From NCBI GenBank assembly GCA_040765295.1, contig JAXGSB010000001.1, positions 144,528-168,527 on the forward strand: 24,000 bases of DNA, read 5' to 3'. The DNA is from Candidatus Scatomorpha sp. Lineage in GTDB: Bacteria > Bacillota > Clostridia > Oscillospirales > Oscillospiraceae. Below are positions 1-8,150 of the stretch, piece by piece. Position numbers and translations under genes: made by a program. The notes below the pieces were generated by a model, which saw only the letters and a program-made list of their open reading frames with translations, was not told where the DNA came from and ran no database searches. The first letter of the stretch is position 1. The number at the start of each line of letters is the position of its first letter.

Positions 1-1
1 A

Positions 2-691
2 GATAAAAACTTTTCCTTTAAGCAGGGCTTTATAGACCTGCTTTCGGGAAAACCCAAGAAAAAGAAAGAGGAGTTCTGGGCGCTTAAGAATGTGAGCTTC
101 GATATGGCACCCGGCGATGTAGTCGGGCTCATAGGCCCCAACGGAGCCGGAAAATCCACGCTTCTCAAAATAGTGGCGGGTGTCATGAAGCCCACAGAGG
201 GAAAACTCTTTGTAGGCGGCAATGTCTGCCCCATGATAGAGCTCGGAGCGGGCTTTGATGTGGAGCTGACTTGCAGAGAGAACGTTTTTCTAAACGGAGC
301 CATAATGGGCTATAGAAGAGACTTCCTTGAGTCGAAGTACGACGAGATAGTCGAATTTTCCGAGCTCCATGACTTTATGGAGGTTCCGGTGCGCAACCTC
401 TCTTCAGGTATGATGGCGCGCCTCGCCTTTTCTATAGCGACCGTGGTAGACCCCGAAATTCTCATAGTCGACGAGATACTCTCTGTCGGAGACTTGGCCT
501 TTCAGACAAAGAGCAAGAAGAAAATGCTCAGCATGATAGGCGGCGGAACAACAGTCTTATATGTTTCACACAGTCTTGACACCATAAAGGATTTATGCAA
601 CAAGGTTGCGTGGCTGCATCATGGCAAGCTTGTAAAGTTCGGCGGCACGGAACTCTGCGACGAGTACGCCGAATCGGTGAAATTGGTATAA
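2..691 (+). CDS. ABC transporter ATP-binding protein, polysaccharide/teichoic-acid export type (TagH/RfbE-like), truncated at the 5' end by the window
   Basis: The frame is open from base 2 (DKNFSFKQGFIDLLSGKPKKKKEEFWALKNVSFDMAPG...), so the ORF-track start at 92 (an internal GTG) is artefactual. Walker A GPNGAGKST, signature LSSGMMARL, Walker B ILIVDEIL. Confidence 0.88.
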   Translation, partial: DKNFSFKQGFIDLLSGKPKKKKEEFWALKNVSFDMAPGDVVGLIGPNGAGKSTLLKIVAGVMKPTEGKLFVGGNVCPMIELGAGFDVELTCRENVFLNGAIMGYRRDFLESKYDEIVEFSELHDFMEVPVRNLSSGMMARLAFSIATVVDPEILIVDEILSVGDLAFQTKSKKKMLSMIGGGTTVLYVSHSLDTIKDLCNKVAWLHHGKLVKFGGTELCDEYAESVKLV

Positions 692-710
692 AGTTTAAGA
701 AAGGAAAAAC

Positions 711-1280
711 ATGAAAAAGATAATAGGAATTTTAATCGCGCTGTCCCTGCTTGTTTTAGCGGGCTGCGGAGCGGCAACTGGAAAAGCCGAGACGAACGAG
801 AAACCTGCGGCTGCCGACAAGCCCGAGACAGCTGCTGAGACTGTTCTTGTGGGGATAGAGACAAAAGACATATACGGAGAAGACTATAAGCTCTCTCTTC
901 CGAGCGAGGACTACGACCTCATTATGATCAACATATGGGGGACCTACTGCGGGCCCTGCAGAGCAGAGATGCCGGAGCTCGCCAAGCTCACAGCTCAGCT
1001 TCCCGAGAGGGTTCTGCAGCTTGGTCTCTGTATAGACGGCACAATGCAGGCGGAGGCGGCAAAGCAGATAGTCGAGTCGGCCGGCGGCACTTACGACAAT
1101 TTGCTGCCCTCGGAAAGCTTTGAGGAACTCCTCGGCAAAGTCGCCTATATACCGACAACCGTTTTCTTGAGCTCCAAGGGTGAGCTTGTGGGAGAAATGG
1201 AAGTAGGCGTACCCCAGGGAGATGTGGTCGAGGGTTATCTTAATATGATAAACTCCAGACTCGAACAGCTTGAAAAATGA
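711..1280 (+). CDS. TlpA/ResA-like thioredoxin-fold lipoprotein
   Basis: Lipobox-like LVLAGCG after a hydrophobic N-terminus; thioredoxin-type CGPC motif in GTYCGPCRAEMPEL; IPTT cis-Pro region. Confidence 0.88.
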   Translation: MKKIIGILIALSLLVLAGCGAATGKAETNEKPAAADKPETAAETVLVGIETKDIYGEDYKLSLPSEDYDLIMINIWGTYCGPCRAEMPELAKLTAQLPERVLQLGLCIDGTMQAEAAKQIVESAGGTYDNLLPSESFEELLGKVAYIPTTVFLSSKGELVGEMEVGVPQGDVVEGYLNMINSRLEQLEK

Positions 1281-2338
1281 AAATCATAAAGGGCTTTTTC
1301 AAAATAATAATATTGATAGTCCTTGTGCTGCTTGTCGCGGCAGGGATCTTTATAGCCTATCTGAGCCTTAAGGAATATAAGCCCGAAGCCGAGGAAGAGC
1401 TGAGCATAGAAAAAGGCGAAGGAAAAGCCGAGAGCGCAAAGGGAGAAATAAGGATTCTCAGCTTTAACATCGGATACGGCGGCTTGGGAAAAAACGCCGA
1501 CTTCGTGCTCGACGGAGGCAGCGGCAACGGCAAGCCCGAAAGCAGGGAGCTTTTCGAGGAATATTTTGGCTCTGCACTAGATTTTGTAAGAGACAGCAAC
1601 TGCGATGTCTACTTGCTCCAGGAGGTCGACAGAAGCTCCGCACGTTCATATAAGACCGACGAGATAGCGGAGCTGAGGAGTGAACTCGGTCCGCAGAGCC
1701 TTGTCTTTGCAAACAACTATCGCTGCCCCTATGTCCCCTTCCCCTGGCCTCCGATAGGCAAAGTAGACAGCGGCCTTCTCACAATGACGGATTTTGATAT
1801 AAGTAGCGCCGTGAGAAAAGCACTCCCGAATCCCTTTTCCTGGCCGCTCAGGGTTGCAAACCTGAAGCGGGCGATTTTGCTGTCGTACATAGCCGTTGAG
1901 GGAAGCGACAAGCAGCTCTGTCTTATAAACCTCCATCTCGAGGCCTACACGGCCGAAGAGGGCAGGCGTGAGCAGCAGGAGCTGCTTCTCGAGATAATGC
2001 GCGAGGAATATGAAAAGGGCAACTGGGTAATAGCCGGCGGAGACTTTAACCAAAGCTTTCCCGGCACGCGCGGGACCTACCCGATAATCGACGAGAGCTG
2101 GGTGCCCGGCGAGCTTAGCGAAAAAGAGCTAGGAGAGAGTTTTAGCTATGTCTTTGACGCTGAAACTCCCACATGCAGGCTTCTGAACAAAACGTATGAT
2201 AAGGAAACGGCGCAGCACTATATAATCGACGGATTCATAATTTCCGAAAATGTTGAGCTTGTATCGATAAAAACACATGATCTCGGTTTTGAATTCTCGG
2301 ATCACAATCCGGTGGAAATTGTTGTGAAGCTTAAATAA
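1277..2338 (+). CDS. Endonuclease/exonuclease/phosphatase (EEP) family protein with N-terminal membrane anchor
   Basis: ATGA overlap with the previous gene; hydrophobic N-terminus; motifs LSFNIGYGG, LLQEVDR, NLHLEAY, GGDFNQS, SDHNPV. Confidence 0.85.
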   Translation: MKIIKGFFKIIILIVLVLLVAAGIFIAYLSLKEYKPEAEEELSIEKGEGKAESAKGEIRILSFNIGYGGLGKNADFVLDGGSGNGKPESRELFEEYFGSALDFVRDSNCDVYLLQEVDRSSARSYKTDEIAELRSELGPQSLVFANNYRCPYVPFPWPPIGKVDSGLLTMTDFDISSAVRKALPNPFSWPLRVANLKRAILLSYIAVEGSDKQLCLINLHLEAYTAEEGRREQQELLLEIMREEYEKGNWVIAGGDFNQSFPGTRGTYPIIDESWVPGELSEKELGESFSYVFDAETPTCRLLNKTYDKETAQHYIIDGFIISENVELVSIKTHDLGFEFSDHNPVEIVVKLK

Positions 2339-2352
2339 AGAGCGAGGAAACT

Positions 2353-2979
2353 ATGCCGGAAAAAGAGATGTGGAAAAGCATAAACTTCGCGCTCACCATG
2401 GCCTTTATGGGAGATATTATGAGTGAGGGTGAGGATCGGCGCGAAAATGACTTGAAGCTCCTGAGCATTAAGGCAGAGCTTGAAGAGAGAATGAACTCGC
2501 TTATCGGCTCTCTGGGGAAGGAGAGGGTTTCGGAAAGCCTCAGTAAGGCCGAAAAGCTGAGCCGAATGCTCGTTTTGTCGATACTCTGCATGCTCGCAAA
2601 GAGAGCAGGGAGCAGTGTTGTGACAGACGAGGAGATTTTTGTTTATCTGAATGAAAGGCTCGATCTCGGTCTGGAGCAGTATGCGCTCAAAGTTCTTTGT
2701 TCCGATGAGGAAGAGCTGAGAGAGGCTCTGCTGAAGAGCATGAAGAGCCTGATATTAATGGGACTTAGAACCGAGAACATGACTGATGTGCTCCACCTCT
2801 TCAAAGCTCTGGCAGGGCTTTCGAGGCTTGCCGAGGAGGCTCTAGGGGAGCTTGAAGAATTTAAAGAGATTAGAATCGGCGCTGTGGCCGCGGAGCTTGG
2901 CGAGCTTGCGCTCGATGCGAGCGAAATGGCTCGAGCCGAAGTTGAAAATGACGAAAAACAGCAGATAAAAACTGACTAA
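2353..2979 (+). CDS. Hypothetical protein, acidic and probably alpha-helical
   Basis: Intact 208-aa ORF closely following the EEP gene on the same strand; no recognised motif. Confidence 0.6.
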   Translation: MPEKEMWKSINFALTMAFMGDIMSEGEDRRENDLKLLSIKAELEERMNSLIGSLGKERVSESLSKAEKLSRMLVLSILCMLAKRAGSSVVTDEEIFVYLNERLDLGLEQYALKVLCSDEEELREALLKSMKSLILMGLRTENMTDVLHLFKALAGLSRLAEEALGELEEFKEIRIGAVAAELGELALDASEMARAEVENDEKQQIKTD

Positions 2980-2996
2980 AAAAGAGAAAATATAAG

Positions 2997-3027
2997 AAAC
3001 GGAGAAGAGCAAAATCTTCTCCGTTTT
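2997..3027. terminator. Probable bidirectional Rho-independent terminator between convergent genes
   Basis: Perfect 12-bp stem AAACGGAGAAGA-GCAAAA-TCTTCTCCGTTT with T-rich 3' side. Confidence 0.8.
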
Positions 3028-3050
3028 AATATTGAGACTTTATCTAAAGC

Positions 3051-4019
3051 TTAGAGTTTTTCAATTAGCTTTCTCTTTATCTCGTTAAATTCCTCTTCCG
3101 TTAATATTCCTGCATCAAAAAGATCCTTGTTCTTTTGAATCTCGTCAGCAATAGATGTTTGAGGAGTCTGCTCTTCTTCCACCTCGTGTTTTTCCAAATC
3201 TTCAATCGTAGCCTTTATTTCGACCAAATCGGCATCCAGCTCCTCTTCGGTGTAATGAAACTTTGCTTCGTCAAGAGTATTTACCAACCTGAAACCCATT
3301 GGGCGCATTGATATAAAGGTGATGCCTGCAGAGACTACGCCGCCGATAACAGGGATAACTTTTCCAATAGCCTTAGCAAACGATTCTTTTGTCAACTTTA
3401 CACCGAAGTATTTGACAATAGACTTAATAATTGGATAGTAGAAAGTCTTTGTTAAAGCAAGGTTCGGCAATCTTTTGGCGACTTCTTTTCCAAATTGTGA
3501 GGAAAGAATTCTCAAAGCTGCAGATGAGCCTGAGGCACCAAGCATTACACCGCAGTATAAAACAAAAGATTTAGAAACTCTTTCTGAATTTAAGTTCCCA
3601 TCGACCCATAGATTTTCTTCTCCGTAAAGATAAGCAATCTTTTGGGCAAGATGTAGAGCCATTCCAAAGAACTGGGCGGTATCTGCCGTAATTGTCAAAG
3701 GCAAGGCAAGACCGCCGGGCATTCCTGCAACGAAAGACATAGAAGTTGATTTTAAAGTGTCATTAAAAACGACATTTCTTGCAAGTTGAAGAAGCTCTTC
3801 TCTGCCTATCCCAGCTTTCACAGGGCCTTCTCTCTGAATTCTTTCTTTCAGAGATTGTTCCTTTTTTGTGAAAATAGTGAGCAAAAAAACATCACGGTCA
3901 ACCTTGACCACGGGAATTTTAAGCAGAGTTTCTATAGTTTGCATTGTTGCAATTTCAGTTTTTGATAAATTCAGTTCTTCCAAAGTTTCAGTTTTAGAGA
4001 AATTTTGTTCTTCCAACAT
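3051..4019 (-). CDS. EcsC-like protein with C-terminal SHOCT domain
   Basis: SHOCT-like C-terminus IQKNKDLFDAGILTEEEFNEIKRKLIEKL; conserved MPGGLALPLTITADTAQFFGMALHLAQKIAYLYG and glycine-rich hydrophobic segments; AGGAGG RBS. Confidence 0.7.
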   Translation of the reverse strand: MLEEQNFSKTETLEELNLSKTEIATMQTIETLLKIPVVKVDRDVFLLTIFTKKEQSLKERIQREGPVKAGIGREELLQLARNVVFNDTLKSTSMSFVAGMPGGLALPLTITADTAQFFGMALHLAQKIAYLYGEENLWVDGNLNSERVSKSFVLYCGVMLGASGSSAALRILSSQFGKEVAKRLPNLALTKTFYYPIIKSIVKYFGVKLTKESFAKAIGKVIPVIGGVVSAGITFISMRPMGFRLVNTLDEAKFHYTEEELDADLVEIKATIEDLEKHEVEEEQTPQTSIADEIQKNKDLFDAGILTEEEFNEIKRKLIEKL

Positions 4020-4093
4020 AATTTTTCCTCCTAATTTTTTATTAAAACAATTTTAAATGATTGACAGGTACTAAAGCAAGGCTTTTGTGAAGT

Positions 4094-4369
4094 TTATCTC
4101 TTTTTAAACCACAGAGAAAACATTAGCGGCAACAGATGCAGCCTCTTCATTTTCTTTTGAACGATTACAGGCGTATATATAGGATTTGTTGCTGTTACAT
4201 TTCCGTTTGGCTCAACTATAAACTGCGCCGGTGCGATTATGGGATTGTTTCGAGTTTCACCCGGAAGCTTGGTGTTGAGAATTATGTTTTCTCCGTCTTT
4301 CCAATAACCGACGAGAACTCGAGGAATGTCCCTTTTCAAATAATACTTTATTGCTTCTTCTACTGTCAT
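4094..4369 (-). CDS. Small hypothetical protein, 91 aa
   Basis: The ORF-track start at 4462 overlaps the VWA gene. The ATG at 4369 (MTVEEAIKYYLKRDIPRVLVGYWKDGE...) sits 4 nt after the VWA stop, consistent with translational coupling. Confidence 0.6.
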   Translation of the reverse strand: MTVEEAIKYYLKRDIPRVLVGYWKDGENIILNTKLPGETRNNPIIAPAQFIVEPNGNVTATNPIYTPVIVQKKMKRLHLLPLMFSLWFKKR

Positions 4370-4373
4370 TTTC

Positions 4374-5024
4374 TTATTTCCCGCCGCCGCGTTTTTTATA
4401 GTCCTTTTTAATCTCTTCGCCCCAGTCCTTCGGCATGGCGCCGCAAGCGCGCATACCGGCAATGGCTTTGCTCATAACCTTAAAGTTGAGCTCGACTCCA
4501 TCGCTGTCTGCAAGGAAGTTCTGGGCGCGGTCTGCGGAAATTCCAAAACTTCCCGCAGTTTCTATGGCGTCGATGTTCGCCCCAAGGAAGATAAACTCCC
4601 AGCCGCCCTTCTTCTGCTCTTCTATCATCGCCTTTACTTTCTTCGGCGAATATTCGCGGCTCGAATTTTCCATACCGTCGGTGATGATTACGAATATGAC
4701 GTTCTCGGCGCGGTATTCGGGAGCGGTGCTCTTTTGAACCGTCGCTATTTTGTTTATCGTTCTGCCTATGGCGTCGATAAGAGCGGTGGAGCCGCCGACC
4801 TGATATTCCTTCTCGCTCAAAGGGCTTACAGCCTTAATGTCGATGCGGTCGTGCAGGAGCTCATAGTTGTTGTCGAAAAGCACGCTTGTTATGCGGCACT
4901 CGCCCGGAAGCGCCTGCTGTTTTAAAAGCATCGAGTTAAAACCGCCTATTGTGTCGGACTCGAGTCCGCTCATTGAGCCGCTTTTGTCTAAAATAAATAC
5001 GAGTTCGCTTAAATTATTGTTCAT
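4374..5024 (-). CDS. VWA domain-containing protein
   Basis: MIDAS motif FILDKSGSMSG, a later STALIDA segment, and VIITDGMENSS. Confidence 0.88.
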   Translation of the reverse strand: MNNNLSELVFILDKSGSMSGLESDTIGGFNSMLLKQQALPGECRITSVLFDNNYELLHDRIDIKAVSPLSEKEYQVGGSTALIDAIGRTINKIATVQKSTAPEYRAENVIFVIITDGMENSSREYSPKKVKAMIEEQKKGGWEFIFLGANIDAIETAGSFGISADRAQNFLADSDGVELNFKVMSKAIAGMRACGAMPKDWGEEIKKDYKKRGGGK

Positions 5025-5035
5025 TTGTGTTTCCT

Positions 5036-5058
5036 CCTTAAGTTTTTCTGACTTAAGG
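5036..5058 (-). promoter_or_regulatory. Hairpin partly sequestering the VWA gene Shine-Dalgarno
   Basis: Minus strand CCTTAAG-TCAGAAAAA-CTTAAGG followed by AGG AAACACAAATG; the second arm contains part of AAGGAGG. Confidence 0.5.
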
Positions 5059-5158
5059 ATAGCATTTTAAAAAGAACAAATGGTCGCTTTAAAAGCGACA
5101 AATAGAAATCATAAAACTCTATGGCAAAACCCATATTTTTGCAGAGTTTTTAAGCGTT

Positions 5159-6184
5159 CTAAGCTCCCAGCAACTGTTGGTCGAAGTCAAAGAGGACAGT
5201 ATTTATCTCTATAATATCGTATTTTTCGTTTGTGATGAAGTATTCGACAATTACATCGAACTTTTTGCTTTGAGAAAGAGCATATCCGGCTCGTTTAAGC
5301 AAATCGTCAGTTTCCTCAATCGAAAGCTCCAGCCCCACAGCGAGGGCAATAACGGTGCGCTTGCTTGGGGTATAGTCTTTTTGACTTCTTATTTTCGAAA
5401 AGAGTTTCCTGTCGATGTTGGCGCGCTTGTAAACCTCCACCTCGTCTTTGCCCTTCGCATCAATCAGGCGAAAAAGTGTTTCCGAGAAAGACTCGTCAAG
5501 TTTAAAGAAGTCCTCTTTAAGAACGCTCGGCAAACCTTGGACAGGAGTGCCGCCCAGAGCAGTCGGCAGATGCTTTTTGGGAATAGCGGATCTTGCCGTT
5601 TCGAGAAACTCTGCGGCTCTTTCTGAAAGACTTCGTCGGGAAAAGGGATACTCCTCAACATAGTGCTCGTCGATATAGCTTTTAACCTCATACAGAAGCT
5701 TTTTGCTGACAGAGAGCGCCGACTTGTCGAAGACTACGAGATATATATCCATATCGTGCTCCGAGAGAAAGCTTCTGAAAACCTCGGTCGCAACATGAAG
5801 GGCTTCTTCCTTGGGGTATCCATAGGCGCCGCTCGAGAGAAGCGGGAAGGCAATGCTCTTGCACTTCTTTTCCAAAGCCAAGTTAAGGCTGTTTGTATAA
5901 GCCGAGCGCAGAAGCTCTTCCTCACCGCTCTTGCCGTCTTTATATATGGGACCCGCGGTGTGGATAATGTATTTTGCCGGAAGAGCGAAGGCCGGAGTTG
6001 TGACCGCCTCGCCTGTTTTTATGGGCGCAAGCTTTTCGCAGGCAGCCTGCAGCCTGCGCTCGCCCGCGGCATTAAAGACAGCGCCGCAGACGCCTCCTCC
6101 TATCGTGAGCTCGGTGTTGGCGGCATTTACAATTGCATGAACTTTCATTTTCGTAATGTCGTTGCGGACTATTGAAAACGGCAT
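5159..6184 (-). CDS. Macro-domain (ADP-ribose-binding/hydrolase-like) protein with a C-terminal helical domain
   Basis: ITKMKVHAIVNAANTELTIGGGVCGAVFNAAG, HTAGPIYKDGKSGEEELLRSAYTNSL, SIAFPLLSSGAYGYP; C-terminal region KRANIDRKLFSKIRSQKDYTPSKRTVIALAVGLELSIEETDDLLKRAGYALS. Confidence 0.88.
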   Translation of the reverse strand: MPFSIVRNDITKMKVHAIVNAANTELTIGGGVCGAVFNAAGERRLQAACEKLAPIKTGEAVTTPAFALPAKYIIHTAGPIYKDGKSGEEELLRSAYTNSLNLALEKKCKSIAFPLLSSGAYGYPKEEALHVATEVFRSFLSEHDMDIYLVVFDKSALSVSKKLLYEVKSYIDEHYVEEYPFSRRSLSERAAEFLETARSAIPKKHLPTALGGTPVQGLPSVLKEDFFKLDESFSETLFRLIDAKGKDEVEVYKRANIDRKLFSKIRSQKDYTPSKRTVIALAVGLELSIEETDDLLKRAGYALSQSKKFDVIVEYFITNEKYDIIEINTVLFDFDQQLLGA

Positions 6185-6272
6185 AGCAGCGCCCCCCTTA
6201 TTTAAATATTAACTGATACTTGATTTTAGCACATCTTCAAGACATTTTCGACCGAGAGTTTTAGTCAAAAAA

Positions 6273-6767
6273 CTATCTTTTAAGCAGCATTTCAAACTCG
6301 GAGATTTCCCCTCTGGGGACCTTCTGGCTTAGCTTATGGCCCGTGAAAGAAAAGCCGCATTTCTTGTAGAACCCGATTGCGTTTTGGTTCCCTTCGAGCA
6401 CAAACAAAACGACGGAAGGGGAAGGCAAAAGTTCAAGGCATTTATTCAGCAGAGCCTTGCCTATTCCCTTCTTCTGATATTTTTGAAGAACATACAGAGC
6501 CACAAGCTCGGAAGACGGCTTGATGCTAGCAAAGTCTCGAGATTCAGGGAAATAGTTAGCAAAGCCGACAACCTCGCCCTCGACAAGGGCAACAAGAGTG
6601 TTCTGCGGGTAGTCAAAAGCGAAACGCAAACATTTTTCCAAGCTCCTGCCGTCTAAAAATTCCTGCGGCATGAGCCCTGCATATGTTTCGTTCCAAGAAC
6701 TGTAGTGGACAAAGGCCTTGCCCCTTTTTTCGTCATCGCTTACGGCTTCTTTTATAATATAGTCCAT
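6273..6767 (-). CDS. GNAT family N-acetyltransferase
   Basis: ELVALYVLQKYQKKGIGKALLNKCLE and NQNAIGFYKKCGF motifs. Confidence 0.9.
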   Translation of the reverse strand: MDYIIKEAVSDDEKRGKAFVHYSSWNETYAGLMPQEFLDGRSLEKCLRFAFDYPQNTLVALVEGEVVGFANYFPESRDFASIKPSSELVALYVLQKYQKKGIGKALLNKCLELLPSPSVVLFVLEGNQNAIGFYKKCGFSFTGHKLSQKVPRGEISEFEMLLKR

Positions 6768-6833
6768 TGTTACGCCTCAATAAACATATTTTCACTTTAT
6801 TTCCCGGCGATTTTATCATACATCGGTTTATGC

Positions 6834-6896
6834 AAAAAAAGAAGCCTCGGCGTCCGTTTTAGCGGAGTTTCCGCAACAGCGCCCAAGGCGTTCTTC
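6834..6896 (-). terminator. Terminator after rplT
   Basis: Minus strand: GCCTTGG...CCGAGGC outer stem (one G:U), inner GCGG-AAACT-CCGC hairpin, followed by TTCTTTTTTT. Confidence 0.6.
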
Positions 6897-6918
6897 TATA
6901 TTTTTTATGCCCTAGAGT

Positions 6919-7272
6919 TTAAAGAGCAGCCTTTGCCTTTTCGCAGAGTGCGGTGAAGGCTTCGGGATTGTGAATGGCTGTCTCCGAGAGCATTTTTCTG
7001 TTCATCTCGATGCCGGCAAGTGTGAGACCGTGCATGAAAGTGGAATAGTTCATTCCGTTCAGCTTGCAGGCGGCCGAGATGCGGCTTATCCAAAGACGGC
7101 GGAAGTCTCTCTTCCTCTGCTTGCGGCCGACATAGGCGTAAACGCCCGACTTCATAAGCTGCTGCTTTGCCATTCTGAAATGGCGAGACTTATTTCCCCA
7201 ATAACCCTTTGCCAGCCCTAAGACCTTCTTTCTTCTGGCGCGAGTGCTTTTTGCATTTTTAATTCTGGCCAT
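6919..7272 (-). CDS. rplT: 50S ribosomal protein L20
   Basis: MARIKNAKSTRARRKKVLGLAKGYWGNKSRHFRMAKQQLMKSGVYAYVGRKQRKRDFRRLWI. Confidence 0.98.
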   Translation of the reverse strand: MARIKNAKSTRARRKKVLGLAKGYWGNKSRHFRMAKQQLMKSGVYAYVGRKQRKRDFRRLWISRISAACKLNGMNYSTFMHGLTLAGIEMNRKMLSETAIHNPEAFTALCEKAKAAL

Positions 7273-7285
7273 AATTATCCTCCTC

Positions 7286-7489
7286 TTACTTGTACGGAAT
7301 CATGCGCTTGATGGCGATGACATTTGTTGCGTCTGCATAGCCGCCCTTGCGAAGATTTCTCTTGCGTTTGGGAGTTTTTCCATGGCCGGTCGCAAGGTGA
7401 GACTTATATGCGCAGGCGCGCTTTACCTTGCCGGATTTGGTGAGACGGAATCTCTTTTTTGATCCTGAGTGTGTTTTTACCTTAGGCAT
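7286..7489 (-). CDS. rpmI: 50S ribosomal protein L35
   Basis: [31 protein letters not shown]; position in infC-rpmI-rplT. Confidence 0.97.
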   Translation of the reverse strand: MPKVKTHSGSKKRFRLTKSGKVKRACAYKSHLATGHGKTPKRKRNLRKGGYADATNVIAIKRMIPYK

Positions 7490-7519
7490 TGATGTTCATC
7501 CTCCAATGAATATGCGACT

Positions 7520-8107
7520 TTAGGCCTTCCCGGCCTCATCGCTTTCTTTTTCTTCCTTTTCTTCCTGACTCTTTCTCTTTTTAAGCGCTGCCGGAGAGAG
7601 CGGCGAGAGGAATATTGACATGAAACGGCCGTCCAATCTGGGGCTTGCATCCAAACTTGCAATATCAACGCAGTTTTCAGCGAAGTCCAAAAGCAGCTTC
7701 TCTCCTATATGTGTGTGAGCCATTTCACGGCCGCGGAATCGCACGGTGACCTTAAGCCTGTCTCCGTTTTCAAGAAACCTTCTGCCGTTGCGAAGCTTAA
7801 CATTCACATCGTGTTCGCCGATGCCCGGAGACATGCGAATCTCTTTTACCTCCACAACATGCTGCTTTTTTCGGGCCTCCTTCTCGCGCTTGGACTGTTC
7901 AAAGCGGAACTTGCCGTAATCGATAAGTCTGCACACGGGCGGATTTGCCTGGGGGGCAACCTTCACAAGATCAAGACCCGCCTCATGGGCAATATCAAGA
8001 GCCTTGTCCGCCGACATAATTCCAAGCTGCTCTCCGTTTTCGGAAATGAGACGCAGTTCGCGATCCCTTATTTCTTCGTTGATTTCATAATCCGTGCTGG
8101 CTATCAA
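7520..8107 (-). CDS. infC: Translation initiation factor IF-3
   Basis: YEINEEIRDRELRLISENGEQLGIMSADKALDIAHEAGLDLVKVAPQANPPVCRLIDYGKFRFEQ. GGAGG lies 5 nt upstream of an in-frame TTG at 8107; the track start at 8263 runs through leader and attenuator sequence. Confidence 0.93.
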   Translation of the reverse strand: MIASTDYEINEEIRDRELRLISENGEQLGIMSADKALDIAHEAGLDLVKVAPQANPPVCRLIDYGKFRFEQSKREKEARKKQHVVEVKEIRMSPGIGEHDVNVKLRNGRRFLENGDRLKVTVRFRGREMAHTHIGEKLLLDFAENCVDIASLDASPRLDGRFMSIFLSPLSPAALKKRKSQEEKEEKESDEAGKA

Positions 8108-8119
8108 AAACACCTCCAT

Positions 8120-8150
8120 AAAAAAGAAAACGAGTGCAAAAGGCACCCGC
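8120..8150 (-). terminator. Probable attenuator hairpin immediately upstream of the infC RBS
   Basis: Minus strand GCGGGTGC-CTTTT-GCACTCGT followed by TTTCTTTTTT. Confidence 0.6.

Noticed and set aside
1646-2053. Minus-strand 135-aa ORF inside the EEP gene, plus similar antisense ORFs at 9547-9819, 9877-10371, 11599-12111, 12108-12545 and 12632-13060
   Set aside because: All overlap well-supported plus-strand genes in the opposite frame and carry no recognisable domains.
5177-5626. Plus-strand ORFs 5177-5626, 5448-5663 and 5663-6175 opposite the macro-domain gene
   Set aside because: The minus-strand translation has unambiguous macro-domain motifs; these are shadow ORFs.
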